Part shown: positions 1-13,518 of the stretch, one piece after another
Numbering within the stretch: the first letter of the stretch is position 1
Layout: each line of letters starts with the position of its first letter
Assembly (NCBI RefSeq): GCF_006345805.1
Contig: NC_043000.1
Location: 40,610,001 to 40,674,000, forward strand
Origin: Octopus sinensis
Taxonomy: Eukaryota
Direction: 5' to 3'
DNA: 64,000 bases
Translations under genes and position numbers: made by a program
The notes under the pieces: model-generated
The model's input: the letters and a program-made list of their open reading frames with translations, nothing else
Told to the model about the DNA's origin: nothing
The model's database searches: none

Positions 1-4
1 GTAT

Positions 5-49
<45 letters not shown>

Positions 50-157
50 TTACTTTGAAGACTCACATCACTTTTATTGGAGATATTATTCATTTATGTA
101 TGTGTATGTATGAATCGAAAATAGATATATATATATGTGTGTGTGTGTGTGTATGTA

Positions 158-205
<48 letters not shown>

Positions 206-420
206 TTGATAGACAAATAGAGAGACAAACAGAAAGGAAAAAGATATATATATATATATACACACACACATACATACACACACATACATACATACATACA
301 TACATACATACATACATACAAACATACTTACATACATACATACATACATATATACATACATACATACATATAAATGCATAAAAACAAAACATATATATAT
401 ATGTATACATATATAGTCTG
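1..420. repeat. Compound (TA)n/(TG)n/(TACA)n microsatellite
   Basis: Directly visible. Confidence 0.95.
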
Positions 421-846
421 CTGCTATTCATATAGTAATGCTACAAAAACACACACTAACATTGTGTTAGCAATAACGATCAGGTTTTACTGAAAATAAA
501 CTAATTTAATTAAGAAAAAAGATGGCGAATATGAAAAAAAAGGAAGAATTTCGAAAATTAAATATTTGAATAGTAAAGATACCAATAAAAACAATTTTGA
601 AACTCTAAACGTTTCAACAAGTAAACATATATATGAGGGAGAAACACAAATAAATATACATATATGGGATCAATATATGTACAGGTTCGTCTGTGTGTGT
701 GTTTAAAGAAAATCTTTTTCCCTAGCAGAAATTTAAAGTTAATTAAATTTTATTTCTTTTTCTGTCTCGTTTTTTTCCCCAACCCCTTTATCAGCAAAAG
801 ATATGTCAGCAGCGTCTTTGGGAGAGTATGATAACAACAATAATAA

Positions 847-1045
847 TCCTTTCTACTATAGACAAAAAGCCTGAAATTTAAGGGGAGGGGGTAGTCAATA
901 ACATTGTCCTCAGTACTCAACTGGCATTTATCGACCGGGAGCATAAAAGGCAAAACCAACCTCGGCGGTATTTGAACTCAGAACCTAAAGACAGACAAAA
1001 TGTTGCTAAATATCTTGTTCGGAGTGCTAATGATTCTGCCAGATT
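847..1045 (-). mobile_element. SINE family A (tRNA head + Meta-like domain), decayed, tail variant 2
   Basis: Shares tttgaactcagaac and the gccagatt head end with other copies. Confidence 0.75.
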
Positions 1046-1646
1046 ACCTATTTCTTTACTGCCCACAAGGGACTACACACAGAGAGGACAAACAAGGACA
1101 GACAAACGAATTAAGTCGATTATATCGACCCCAGTGCGTAACTGGTACTTATTTAATTGACCCCGAAAGGATGAAGGCAAAGTCGACCTAGGTGGAATTT
1201 GAACTCAGAACGTAGCGGCAGACGAAATACCTATTTCGTTACTACCCACAAGGGGCTAAACACAGAGGGGACAAACAAGGACAGACAAACAGATTAAGTC
1301 GATTATATCGATCCCAGTGTGTAACTGGTACTTAATTTATCGACCCCGAAAGGATGAAAGGCAAAGTCGACCTCGGCGGAATTTGAACTCAGAACGTAAC
1401 GGCAGACAAAATACCTATTTCTTTATTACCCACAAGGGGCTAAACACAGAGAGAATAAACAAGGACAGACATAGGTATTAAGTCGATTACATCGACCCCA
1501 GTTCGTAACTGGTACTTAATTTATCGACCCCGAAAGGATGAAAGGCAAAGTCGACCTCGGCGGAATTTGAACTCACAACGTAACGCAGACGAAATACCGC
1601 TAAGCATTTCGTCCGGCGTGCTTATGTTTCTGCCAGCTCGCCGCCT
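1046..1646 (-). mobile_element. SINE family A tandem trimer (183-184 bp units + single 5' head)
   Basis: Unit starts at 1046, 1229 and 1413; head at 1596-1646. B-box gttcaaattcc in each unit; Meta-like ggtcgactttgcctttcatcctttcggggtcgat. Confidence 0.9.
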
Positions 1647-2689
1647 TAAATTAGAAACAATTATTACAACAGCTCGTGTTTACATAGTGTTATAGAATAA
1701 AAGTAAGGCACTCTAGAGCTTACTCAGCAACATAGTTTCGATTTCTGGGTCGGTGTCATACTCCTCCACGCCGTTAATAATCTTGAGAAAATCAATGTTG
1801 TGAAAAACATCTTATTTTATTCCTATCAGCAAATCCATTTTAGGGGCGGGGTTCCTATAAATCAGCTTAGGGCTAACATGGGCTTAAACTATATATATAT
1901 ATTTTTTTCCGCTATTAAAATTTCATTTACACGCAAACACAACACCCATATAATAACAGAAGTGTGAGCCAGATAGTCCTCAAATCACATCTATTGTAAA
2001 TAAAGAAAAAAAGATACATTAGATAAATCAATTTCTAGACATCACGAAGTAAACAATATTGGCATGACTGAAACACATTTAATCCTAGGTCGACACAATC
2101 AGTATAAATATCGGGTTAAATACTAACAACACCAACAATATAAAACGCATATATATATATAAAAAATATATAACAACTACAAATACAAATGTGCATATGC
2201 AGTTCTATATGCATGCACCACATAGTTATCTACAGATTCCTCTTACATATTCAGATACATTGTATCGATTTAGCCTTCCAAGATATTCTTCAGTTCTTTT
2301 TTTATATCTTTCTTTATGCCATCGATTGCATCTCAATTTCCTGTTTTTAAATGTAACTTTTTACCTCCGTATTTGCTTCGCTTTTAATAAAAGAAAACAT
2401 CTTAAATGCTCTATAGTCGTCGTCACTATTGCTACTATCACCCTTCGTCAATACCATCCTCATCATCATCATCATTGCCATCATCATCATCATCGTTGTC
2501 GTTATCATTGTCATCATCATTATTTTCGTTATCATCATTTTCGTCGTCGTCGTCATCATTTTCGTCATCACTGCTATCATATCATTACAATCACTATCAT
2601 CCTCATTATCATCGACGCTGGAGATGTCATTGTTATCGTCGACATCATCACAATCGCCATAAAGACTTTCTAAAACCTTAAATTTTTAT

Positions 2690-2750
2690 TTTTTTTAAAT
2701 CTGGCAGCGCACCCAGAGACCTCTTGCAGCACACTGCTTGTGAAGCACTG
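2690..2750 (-). mobile_element. Possible hAT/Charlie-type terminus
   Basis: Minus strand cagtgcttcacaagcagtgtgctgcaagag resembles Charlie-type ends; no partner TIR found. Confidence 0.3.
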
Positions 2751-3254
2751 CATCCTTGTTACAAGACACGGCTGTCACACGGTTGTACACCTTCGAAGCG
2801 ATGCCAACATTGAACATCTTCCGGCCATTCAAAGACAGCTCTGTTCAGATATCTGAGGACTAAATTCGTCGCATCGTCCATTACCTCACCCTTATCATTG
2901 CTCCGCTGGATGTCCAGATAAAGCATAGTCCCAAACAATTGAGCCAGGTCTATGGTCCAACGGCAAATGTCTTTTAATATGGTCTTGCCTCTCAAGTTAG
3001 TAACATGCAATTTCCATTGGTTTCTCTTTCGTCTTGTGATTTGCTCGCCCCCGATGTCATTGCCAGGTATGAGTAAAAATTTTGAAGAGATTATTAGAAT
3101 TGCTTTCTCGTTGTTCACAGTAGTTGATATAGTACTTATGTGCATGTAAGAATAAAATACATACATGCATACCTATGTATGTATGTATGTATGTATGTAT
3201 GTATGTATGTATGTATGTATGTATGTATGTATCTTTGTACGTGTGTGTGTGTGT

Positions 3255-3560
3255 GGAGGGGCGTGACTTAGGTGTTAGTGTATTCAGTTCACGATCTTAA
3301 GGACGTGAGTTCGACTCCCGTTGATTGTGTCCTTGAGCAAGACACTTTATTTCACGTTGCCCCAGTTCACTCAGCTGACAAAAATGAGTTGTACCAGTAA
3401 TTCAAAGGGCCGGCCCCGTCAGATTCTTTCCCTTAGTACTGCATTAAGAATACGCGTGTACTTGGAGTGCTCAGCCATTTTCACGTTAATCTCGCAAGCA
3501 GACTAATCCGTTGATTGGATCAATTGGAACTTTCGTCATCGTAACCGACGGGACGCCAGG
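3255..3560 (+). mobile_element. SINE family C, decayed
   Basis: gagttcgactccc, tgtgtccttgagcaagacactttatttcacgttgc, and tail gtcatcgtaaccgacgg shared with 43862-44244. Confidence 0.8.
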
Positions 3561-5171
3561 TTTCTTTGTTTTTTTTATGTATCTATATATGTATGTAAAT
3601 ATACATACCTATCACGGGTCCAATAGAAATATTAGCTTTATGTCTGGTGCGAATAAGCCCAGCAAAGGCTGCAATATGAAAAGGGATCGAAAGAATAGCT
3701 CTACCGCATCGCAGGTTAACAAGGGCCACCTTCAGATTTTAGGCAGGGAGGTACGTTCGAAAAGTATATTGCAGTCTCCACCCAATGTCCATATAACGAG
3801 CAATAAGCCTACAACTAGTTCTGGGAGGTGTGGGTTGGGAGTACAAAGGATGTGCGTACCGGGGTCCAGTAAGGTGCCTAAGGACCCTATCCACACCACA
3901 TTCAGGAATAGTGGACGGAGAAACTGAATAGATGGATGGATGTGTACACACATGTGTGTGTACAGCAAGACATCTGTTCCACTCTTTCTGTCATGTTTTA
4001 GTTTCTCAGCACCTGGCACGAAGCCACCTCTTTCAATTCTGCTTCCCAAATCAGTCAAGGGTTCTTGTAATGTAACTTCAATCGAACTGGCGCCACGAAA
4101 AAGTACCTCCAGTACACTTTCAAGCGGTCGGCGTTTGAAAAGACATCTAGCCGTAGAAACCTTACCAAAGTAGCTATTAGAGCTTAACACAACCCCTTGA
4201 CTAATCGGATCCTGTCAAACCGTCCAACCTATGCAAAATTTACAGACGTTATGTGGTGATGATGATGATAGTGATTATGATGATGATGATGATGATGAAG
4301 ATGATGTACATATATGTGTAGGTATGCATATATCTACGTATGCGTAAACGCAGTATGACCGAATGGTTAAGAAGTTCGTCCTGAGTTCAATCCCACTTTG
4401 CAGCATCCTGGGCAAATGTTATTATACATATCTTCGGTTTGACCCATAAAAACTGCACCTGTGTAATCGAAACAGAGAACCATATGTATATATGTATGCA
4501 TACATGCATTTACGTATGTATATGTGTTTGCATGTATGTATGTATTTATGTATGTATGTATTTATGTATGTATGTATGTATGTATGTATGTATGTATGTA
4601 TGTATGTATGTATAGGTAGGTAGGTAGGTGGGTAGGTAGGTAGGTAGGTAGGTAGGTAGGTAGGTAGTCAGGCATTTGTGCATGTATGTACGTATGTATG
4701 CATGTATGCGTGCATGTATGTATGTACTACGTATGTATGTATTTATGTATGCATGTATTTGTGTACGTAAGTTTGTGTGCTTTTGTGTGTCTATGTGTGT
4801 ATGCGTGTGTGATGTGTAGGTATGTGTGGTATGATAATGTAAAAAGATGCTAGAGTGAAATAGGGATTTCGAAGAATGAGAAATATCTACTCTCCATTGT
4901 ATTTCTGTCTCTTTAAGAGACTGCTCCAACCCCACCTTCTTTCTCTCTCTCTCTCTCGCTCTGCGTATATATATATATATATATATATATATAGGTAAAC
5001 AGTAAAAATAATTACAGACATGGACAAGAACATGAAACACCACAGAGACGACACAAGAACCACAGGACGGGACATTCGAAGCCCTCAGTCATCAGTCAAG
5101 AACCAGATCATCTTAGCAATTTCGGCTGATTAATATATATATATATTATATATATATATATATTATATATA

Positions 5172-5245
<74 letters not shown>

Positions 5246-5411
5246 CATATATATAAAGGTACAAGACAGTACACAGCATTGCTAAGCAATTAACAATAAT
5301 ATCTTTATATATTTTATAATTTTATTCATATCGATCATTTTTTAATTTGTCGCTGCATTCAAATGGTCAATACACACATGGTGATTCGAATATCTTTAAC
5401 CCGAAGCAGTA

Positions 5412-5471
5412 ATACTCACTGATGACGACTAAGTGTTTATCACAGGGTTCGAAATCACGTGATATAAGTAT
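5412..5471 (+). ncRNA. Degenerate type I hammerhead with palindromic stem III
   Basis: atactca-CTGATGA-cgac...gttc-GAAA-tcacgtga-TA-taagtat. Stem I 6 of 7 paired. Confidence 0.55.
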
Positions 5472-5928
5472 GTCTGCAAATCATTTGCGATTTTCACACG
5501 CTATTGGTAAGTTGGCTTTTATATTTTACTCGTTTCCTCGAATTCACCAGTGTGTAGAAATGATGACTCGTTTTTGAGTCGTTTTGATTCTTATTTCTAG
5601 CAATGTCGTGTACTTTCTGCTAACCTTGATTACAAATTAATAATTTTACCTTTAAGGTTATTTTATGCTTGCTAACCACTTATATTATTATTATTTATTA
5701 ATAATATCTTTTTCTATATTCTTATTGCTTCCTATCTTTTTCCCGTCTCTTCTTACCTCTTTCATTCATCTCTTGATTATTCACCTTTTTTTCTATATTC
5801 CTCCACTCTCTATTTATCCCTTTTCACTTACACTTCCTACTCTTCCGTTCGCTCTTTCTTTTTGCTAGTCTTACACTGTTTCTTCCTTGATCTCACGCTA
5901 TCTTTCTAGATTTTTTGTATATCTATTT

Positions 5929-6163
5929 ACCCATTTCTTTACTACCCACAAGGGGCTAAACACAGAGGAGACACACAAGGATCGACAGACGGATTAAGTC
6001 GATTATATCGATCCCAGTGCGTAACTGGTACTTAATTTATCGACCCCGAAAGGATGAAAGGCAAAGTTGACCTCGGTGGAATTTGAACTCAGAACGTAAC
6101 GGCAGACGAAATACGGCTACGCATTTCACCCGGCGTGCTAACGTTTCTGCCAGCTCGCCGCCT
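5929..6163 (-). mobile_element. SINE family A monomer, full length
   Basis: aggcggcgagctggcagaaacgttagcacg head through gggtagtaaagaaatgg tail. Confidence 0.88.
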
Positions 6164-6338
6164 ATCTTTTTACCTATCGTCTCTATCTCTGTTTGTTTGT
6201 CTTTCTCCCATCTCTCTGTCAGTGCATCAGTCGTTCATTCTCTCTCTTTCTCTCTCCCGCTATCTCATGTCACTCTCATCTATCTATCTTTCTATCCACC
6301 TCTCTTATCACTCTCTCTGTCTTTCTGCCACCTCTCTG

Positions 6339-6378
<40 letters not shown>

Positions 6379-6596
6379 TCTGTACGCCTCTCTTTCTGTT
6401 TCTCCATCATTCTTTTGCTTTTCTCACTACTTCCCCTTCTCTTTTCTCACACTATAATAAAAACAAATTTAATAAAAACAAACCATCATTCCACACTTCG
6501 TCTCATCCCCACGTGTTCTCTGGTCCGTTTCTTTTCCCTAAACCTCCATCTACCATCCATCTATATCTCCCCACCACTACCACCACCACCACCACC

Positions 6597-6631
<35 letters not shown>

Positions 6632-7146
6632 ACCTACCTCCTGTATACCCCACTATTACAGAAAGACCTCTAGTGAGTTACACGAGTGGACCCCCTCCAG
6701 CGTAACTCTCAAAATCGCTCCAACAACTTTCAAAACTAATTCACATATAAAATCCTATAATATGGCGCTGGAAGCGGGCGAAATGGGAAGGGTACATATT
6801 TTACTTCTTGCTGTTTGTCTTTTTCTTCCTCGTCTTCTTTTTCATATTCTTCTCCCCGCCCCCTACCCATTCCCCCTTCATTTTCTATCATTTCTCTTCA
6901 ACATCAGCAACAACTTATTTTACTCTGCTTCTTCGTTCTTTCTTTCTTTTTTTGCCTTTTTCTTATAATCTTAAAAAAATATAGGGCACATTAAATAATG
7001 CAATAGTCTTTCAGTCTATGCTGTTTAAATAAAAGACAGGACAGTCACGTCTGGAATTCCTTTGATCATATATATGCTCGTTCAGGGCTAAAGGGACTTT
7101 AAAGAACAAGAACTATAAACCCCCACCCCCACCGCCATTACCACAT

Positions 7147-7548
7147 CTCTTTTACTCTTTTACTTCTTTCAGTCATTTGACTGTGACCATGCTGGAGCAC
7201 CGGCTTTAGTCACGCAAATCACTCCCAGGACTTATTTTTTGTAAGCCTAGTACTTATTCTATTGGTCTCTTTTGCTGAATCGCTAAGTTACGGGGACGTA
7301 AACACACCAGCATCGGTTGTCAAGCAGTGTTGGGGGGACATATACAGACACACAAACATATACACACATACGTATATATATATATATAGATATATACGAC
7401 GGGCTTCTTTCAGTTTCGATCTACCAAATCCACTCACAAGGCTTTAGTCGGCCCGAGGCTATAGTAGAAGACACTTGCCCAAGGTGCCACACAGTGGGAC
7501 TGAACCTGAAACCATGTGGTTGGTAAGCAAGCTACTTACCACACAGCC
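7147..7548 (-). mobile_element. SINE family B, full length
   Basis: Reverse complement of the 13248-13790 architecture. Confidence 0.9.
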
Positions 7549-7837
7549 GATAATGCAATAATTATAGTAGTCCACAGCAAGAGGCGCATGGCTTAGTGAT
7601 TAGGACTTTGGACTCGTGACCTTATGACAGTAGTTTCGCCGGCGTCTATGCTTCAAATCAACCACATCTGTAACGAGTCTGACTTGTAATTTGAAAAATC
7701 ATGGACTGAAAATCAGAAATGTTTTTGACAACGTGGAAGCACATGGAGACGGCAACCATCTGAAAATCGAGATCGAGCGAGTTTTTGCCATTTTGTTCAA
7801 CGGGCATTTGGTGGACGGAAACTGAAAGAAGTCCGTC

Positions 7838-7839
7838 GT

Positions 7840-7895
<56 letters not shown>

Positions 7896-8116
7896 GTGTG
7901 TGCGTGTGTGTGTGTGTCTGTGTGTGTGTGTGTGTGCGTGTGTGTGTGCGTGTATGTGTGTGCATGTGTGTGCGTGTGTGTGTGTGCGTGTGTGTGCGTG
8001 TGTGTGTTAGTATGTGTGTGTGTGTACGTGTGTGTGTTAGCGTGTGTGTGTGTGTCTGTGTGTGTGTGTGTGTCTGTGTGTGTGTGTGTGCGTGTATGTG
8101 TGTGCGTGTGTGTGTG
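7838..8116. repeat. Long (TG)n microsatellite attached to a SINE B fragment
   Basis: Directly visible; preceded by gacggaaactgaaagaagtccgtcg. Confidence 0.95.
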
Positions 8117-8794
8117 CATTGAGCTTTGTAATTTGGTGTTACACTTGAAATCAGCTGCATCATTCGTCCTACTTTACATGACCAATTTATCGTCACTTGA
8201 TAATCATCGTCGTATTGTTGCCTCCTCCATGCACTCATATTCCTTCTTCTGCTCCTTCTGCCCCTTTTCCTCCTTTCCCACCATCTCCTTCTCTTCATCC
8301 TTATCGTTATCAACAGTACCACTACCACTACCACAAGACAACCACCCACCACCATCATTATCATCAATGCTATCACCACTACCATACGCCAACAAAAATG
8401 TGCAATAATAATATCTAACATGAACAAAATGAAAACATCATTATAAACAACTACAAATACCATCACCATACTACAACCAAGACTGCAAAACTACGAATAC
8501 TACCTCAAACAACGTTACAAACACCATTACAAAAACAACATAAACACCACTGCAAAAAAACATTACAAATACCATTGCAAAGAACACTACAAAAACAATA
8601 CAAACCCCACTGCAAACAACACCACAAATACCACTAGAAAAATGCCACAAAAACACTACAAACAGTACTACAAAAATACCACAAAGACCACTTCAAATAT
8701 TCCTACAGACTTCGCTACCAACACTATAATCACCACTACAGTAAAGTCAAGACTACAAATTTTATTACAAACAATAAGACAAATCACTTGTTAA

Positions 8795-8933
8795 GGTTAT
8801 TTCTACAGATTTTCTATAGAAATTATAACCACCTCTGATTTGTTATGACGTTTCGTATCCAAGTACGTCTCCTGGAAAAACAGGCTATGGGTTATCTCTA
8901 CAGATTTTTAATAGAATATCTGCAGACATAACC
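8795..8933. mobile_element. Small TTAA-flanked inverted-repeat element (Kolobok-like GG...CC ends)
   Basis: ttaa|ggttatttctacagattttcta ... tagaatatctgcagacataacc|ttaa. Confidence 0.55.
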
Positions 8934-9204
8934 TTAAGAAGTGGTTTAATAGCACTGCTAACACAGTAGAACATAGTATTGACTTATAAAGCATTTAATA
9001 TACTTTGTAGTATATCAATGTTGCATAATGAAATACGGTGTACCTACAAGTCATTAATAAGTCAAGTATCTGTAAATTTAACGCTATAAGTGACATAACA
9101 AACACTGCAAATGACTCTCCGAATTGTACTACAACCCAAATACAGACACCGAAGGAAGCAACCATAAAAACAAAAACAAAAATCAAAAGGTATAACACTA
9201 GAAC

Positions 9205-9640
9205 ACTACTACTTTCAGTGGCATTCACCCGGAGTTGAGTCGACTCCAACCAACGAATTCACCATATCCCTCACGAATGCTGACCACATCCGGCGGTCGG
9301 CCCAAACGTTCAAGCAGGCAAAGTAACGCTTTGATCTGCAACCCCAAAACCTAGCTCGCAAAATTGACAAGAGTCCCACATGGAGATCAGGAGTGTCAGA
9401 TAGCGCGAACCCTGTAGTCGCAATCATCATTCGTTGTTGAGATGTAAAGTTCATTGTTTCAGTGGGAATACAGTTCACTTGTGGCCCCTGGTCACATGCA
9501 TACACACTTTGGATTAGTGTGATCCGTAGCAGCTCATCTTGCCGTCGACTGTCGTAAAGGATTCACTGATCAAATCACCGCCGATTATCGGAGCAGATGT
9601 AGCCAGAGTTTGAAGTGGGTGGTACACGTACTAGTTAACA
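9205..9640 (-). mobile_element. RTE-clade LINE 3' relic
   Basis: C-terminal DRRMWSAFVRDMVNSLVGVDSTPG resembles RTE (SR2-like) ends; short agtagtagt tail follows. Confidence 0.6.
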
Positions 9641-9829
9641 TATAACTGGGACCCTAACAGCTCCAATAACTTCGGGTCAGAATAGATCTGAGAGCAATAG
9701 CGGCTAAGAGGTGGTTCCTCACCCTTCAAAACCCTAGAATTTTCGAACCAAGGTCCTACTACCGGGATGCAGTGTGAAGTCTTACCCACGACAGCACTAC
9801 AAATAACATCACAATTTTGTAGCTATCAT

Positions 9830-10999
9830 CACCACACTGCAGACACCCCTACTACGAACACATCTACAAACTACGCTGCCCCGCAACGAACTCTCCGTTA
9901 GAATTACAGGTGCTTCTACAAAAGACAGTACTTCAAATATATCACCGCTATCGCAGCCATCCCCCTACAACCATCACCGCCACGATCACACCATCGCCAG
10001 AATCAACACCACTGCTACCATCACTACCAACATCACCACTATCACTACCAACGCTACACCATCACTCCCAACGCCACCACTATCATTACCAACACCGCCA
10101 CCACCATCACTGCTACCACTACCACCACTACCACTATCACTACAGCGCCATACCATCCCTATCAACACCACCACAATAACTATCACTCCCAACGCCACCA
10201 CCACCACTACTACCACAACCACCATCACTACTACCACTTCCACAATCACTCCCAACGCCAACACCTTCCTACTAAAGCTATCACCCCACGGCCAACGTCA
10301 TACCATCACTCTCAATGCCACCACCACCACTCCCAACGCCACCACCACTACTACTAACATCACCACAACCACTACCGCCACCACTACAACTAACTACAAG
10401 GTTGCATTAGCTCAAACATTACCACAGTAATGAGTAACACCTCCATCACTGAACATATCACCACCACCATCACAACCACCGCAACACCACTACTTCCACT
10501 GGTCATATACCACAATCCTTGACGCCACACAAACACCCCATTATTATCATCACTATCGCTCACCATCATGACCGAAACCTATACCACAACACCACCATCT
10601 GAGCTAGCCAAAACTACAGTTTCAATCGCCAGCAGCACTAACACCGCCATCACCACATACACTGTATACCATACCGTCACTGCCACCATCACCACCACCA
10701 CCACCACCATTATCACCACTCTCGCTGCCACCACACTACCTTCATCACAACTCTTCCCCCCACCACCACCATCACCATATCCACCACTCGCGACCAACAC
10801 CCTCTGCTATTACCATCACTATAACTCTGCCTCCCACCATTACTCAGACACTTCAGTACGCCGCCAACAACATATCTGTGCGGTGAGACACATGTTCCAA
10901 ATATTTTCTTATTTTTCCTCGATTTATTGTTTCAAGATGGTCTGTTGCTGTTGTCGTTGTCGCTACTACTGCTACTGCTGCTGCTGTTGTTGTTGTTGT

Positions 11000-11043
<44 letters not shown>

Positions 11044-11600
11044 CAGATAATGATGATTTTATTGTTTCCTGATGTTCTTTTTTTTTACTTCAACTTTATT
11101 AAATTTCTCTTGATGTCTCTCTTAATTCCCGCTTAATAAAATTTCAGTCACCTCCACAACCACCTCCACAACCACCACCAACAACAACACCACAACCACC
11201 ACCACCACCATCACCACCACCACCATCACCACCACCACCACTACTACTAAAACTACTACTACTACTACTACTACTATTACTAAAACTACTACTACTACTA
11301 CCACAACCACCACCACCACCACCATCACCACCACTACCTCTACTACTACTACTACTACCACTACTACTACCTCTACTACTACTACTAATACTACTACTAC
11401 TACCACCACTACTAATGCTGTTGCTACTACTAATACTAATACTAATACTACTACTACTACCACTACTACTACTGCTGCTGCTGCTGCTATCAATATAAGT
11501 AACACTATCACATCATCACTATCGTCCTCATTACCACAACTACCATCAACACTGCCACTACTACCTCCGCTACCACTACCACCACGACAATATCATCATC
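9830..11600. repeat. Degenerate (ACC/ACT/CAT/GAT)n low-complexity field
   Basis: Directly visible trinucleotide-based tracts. Confidence 0.85.
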
Positions 11601-11899
11601 ATCATCATCATCATTATGTTACTGTCGTTTATCCTCATGTCAGCTACGGCTTGTTGGCCTATGACCAAAGGTGCTTCACACTTGACTTTCACGTCTTTTC
11701 AAAATAAGTACGATTGCATAAACGAATGTATCTTTCTTTTAGTATATGATAGGCTATAGTTTACAGTAATTTGGCTGCTCCTTCTAGCAGGCCCAGTGAT
11801 CATGTAATGGTTTTCCAATTGTTTTTACTTTTTAAAAATTTTTTATGTGCTATTGTCCGGAAAAAGGGACAGAGTTTTTGGCTTTTGCAGAGCGACATA

Positions 11900-12201
11900 G
11901 AAGGGTCGGATTCATACTATTAATGCGCTTCTTGAACCATTGCAAGTCAATACCTGCAGCAAAGGCATGAGTAAGAAGGAAGTTCCAGGGGATTAATGTT
12001 CCGGAAAGGAAGAACTGGAGAGATTAATCTGGGGCTAATTCCGGCTAGTTGGACACAATGTGAGTGATAGTAAATACGAGGGAGGGGGGAAAGAATTCCT
12101 GAGTACAGTTGGCTTAAGCCCAACCAATTTCAAGGAAAAGAAACCATTACAATAGCGGTAGATAAAGCAGAGGGAGAAAGAAGAGAGAGAGAGAGAGAGA
12201 G

Positions 12202-12258
<57 letters not shown>

Positions 12259-12615
12259 GTGGCACACCTGCGCATCAAAGGCTGGAGTGAGTCTATAAAT
12301 GATTTAATGCAATTCGGTTGAGCATGCTATTTTCTGTTTGCAATCTTAAGATGTCTCTGTGTGTAGCAGCCGACCATCCCCGACGAGAGAGCAATACTCT
12401 AATCCGGGCTTTACCTGGTTTTTGTAAAGTGTTAATATCTATCGGGATCTAAGTATCTTCCGGCTCTAAATAAAAGAGGCAGTCGTTCGGATGCAATTCT
12501 AGCCATGTTAGATTTGCGCTTTAACCAGATATCCTCAATGATATTGAGGCCCAAAATTTGGTGCGATTGTGTGGGTTCAAGCTGTATATTATCCATATTT
12601 AAGGAGTTTATTGAT
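11900..12615 (-). mobile_element. Older CR1/L2-like LINE relic split by a (GA)n/(GACA)n tract
   Basis: HQILGLNI...MARIASERLPLLFRAGRYL, LTLYKNQVKPGLEYCS and FYRYCNG motifs, frameshifted. Confidence 0.7.
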
Positions 12616-12630
12616 ATGATTAGGGTTTGC

Positions 12631-12845
12631 AAGGTGGCAAGCTGGCAGAATGGTTCGCACATCGGGAAAAATACTTAGCAACATTTCGTTCGTCTTTACG
12701 TTCTGAGTTCAAATTCCGCCTAGGCCGATTTTGCCTTTCATCCTTTCGAGATCGATAAAAGAAGTTGAACACTAGGACCGATGTAAACAATTTACCCTCT
12801 CTACCCCACACGAACTTGCTACGTTAGTGCCAAAATTTTAAACTG
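12631..12845 (+). mobile_element. SINE family A, decayed
   Basis: ggtggcaagctggcagaa...gttctgagttcaaattccgcc...gcctttcatcctttcg. Confidence 0.8.
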
Positions 12846-13247
12846 ATATGAGTAGTGCTTGTGTTTTCTTGTTATTCAAAGAGTCACGATTAGCATACAT
12901 CCATTGAAATGCTCTTTTAAATCTCTGCCAATGGAATCAGTGCATGTTTGGTGTAGTATGATGTAGTGTAGTTTCCTCTGAGCGGGAATGAGTATTGTTG
13001 AACGTGACGGCTTGTAGGTCATTGAATGAGGAAAAAAAACTATGAGTCAAAACCAAACACTGAGGTAAACAGAGTGAGAAACAAAACAGCTTCGTTGACA
13101 CTCTGCAATACTGCGATAGGAGAGATAGCTGTCGACCCAAGAGACGAGAAATATTTTGAGTTTATAAGCGAGTAAATTCGGTAGTAGAAGTTTTACATAA
13201 CAGATACAGTTGAAAGATCAGGTGATGTCAAAGATGATGACATGGCT

Positions 13248-13435
13248 AGGAGTGACTGTGTGGTAAGTAGCTTGCTTACTAACCACATGGTTCCGGGTTC
13301 AGTCCCACTGCGTGACACCTTGGGTAAGTGTCTTCTACTATAGCCTCGGGCCGACCAAAGCCTTGTGAGTGGATTTGGTAGATGGAAACTGAAAGACTAT
13401 CGTATGTATGTATGTGTATATATATATATATATAT

Positions 13436-13467
<32 letters not shown>

Positions 13468-13480
13468 GTGTGTGTGTGTG

Positions 13481-13518
<38 letters not shown>

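Noticed and set aside
1046-1646. CRISPR-like or satellite array interpretation
   Set aside because: Units are SINE bodies with no unique spacers and no cas genes; eukaryotic DNA.
9807-10430. About 200-codon Thr-rich mucin-like open frame with repeated ITPNATT
   Set aside because: No start or splice signals, Thr register drifts between frames, and the C/A-rich strand rarely generates stops.
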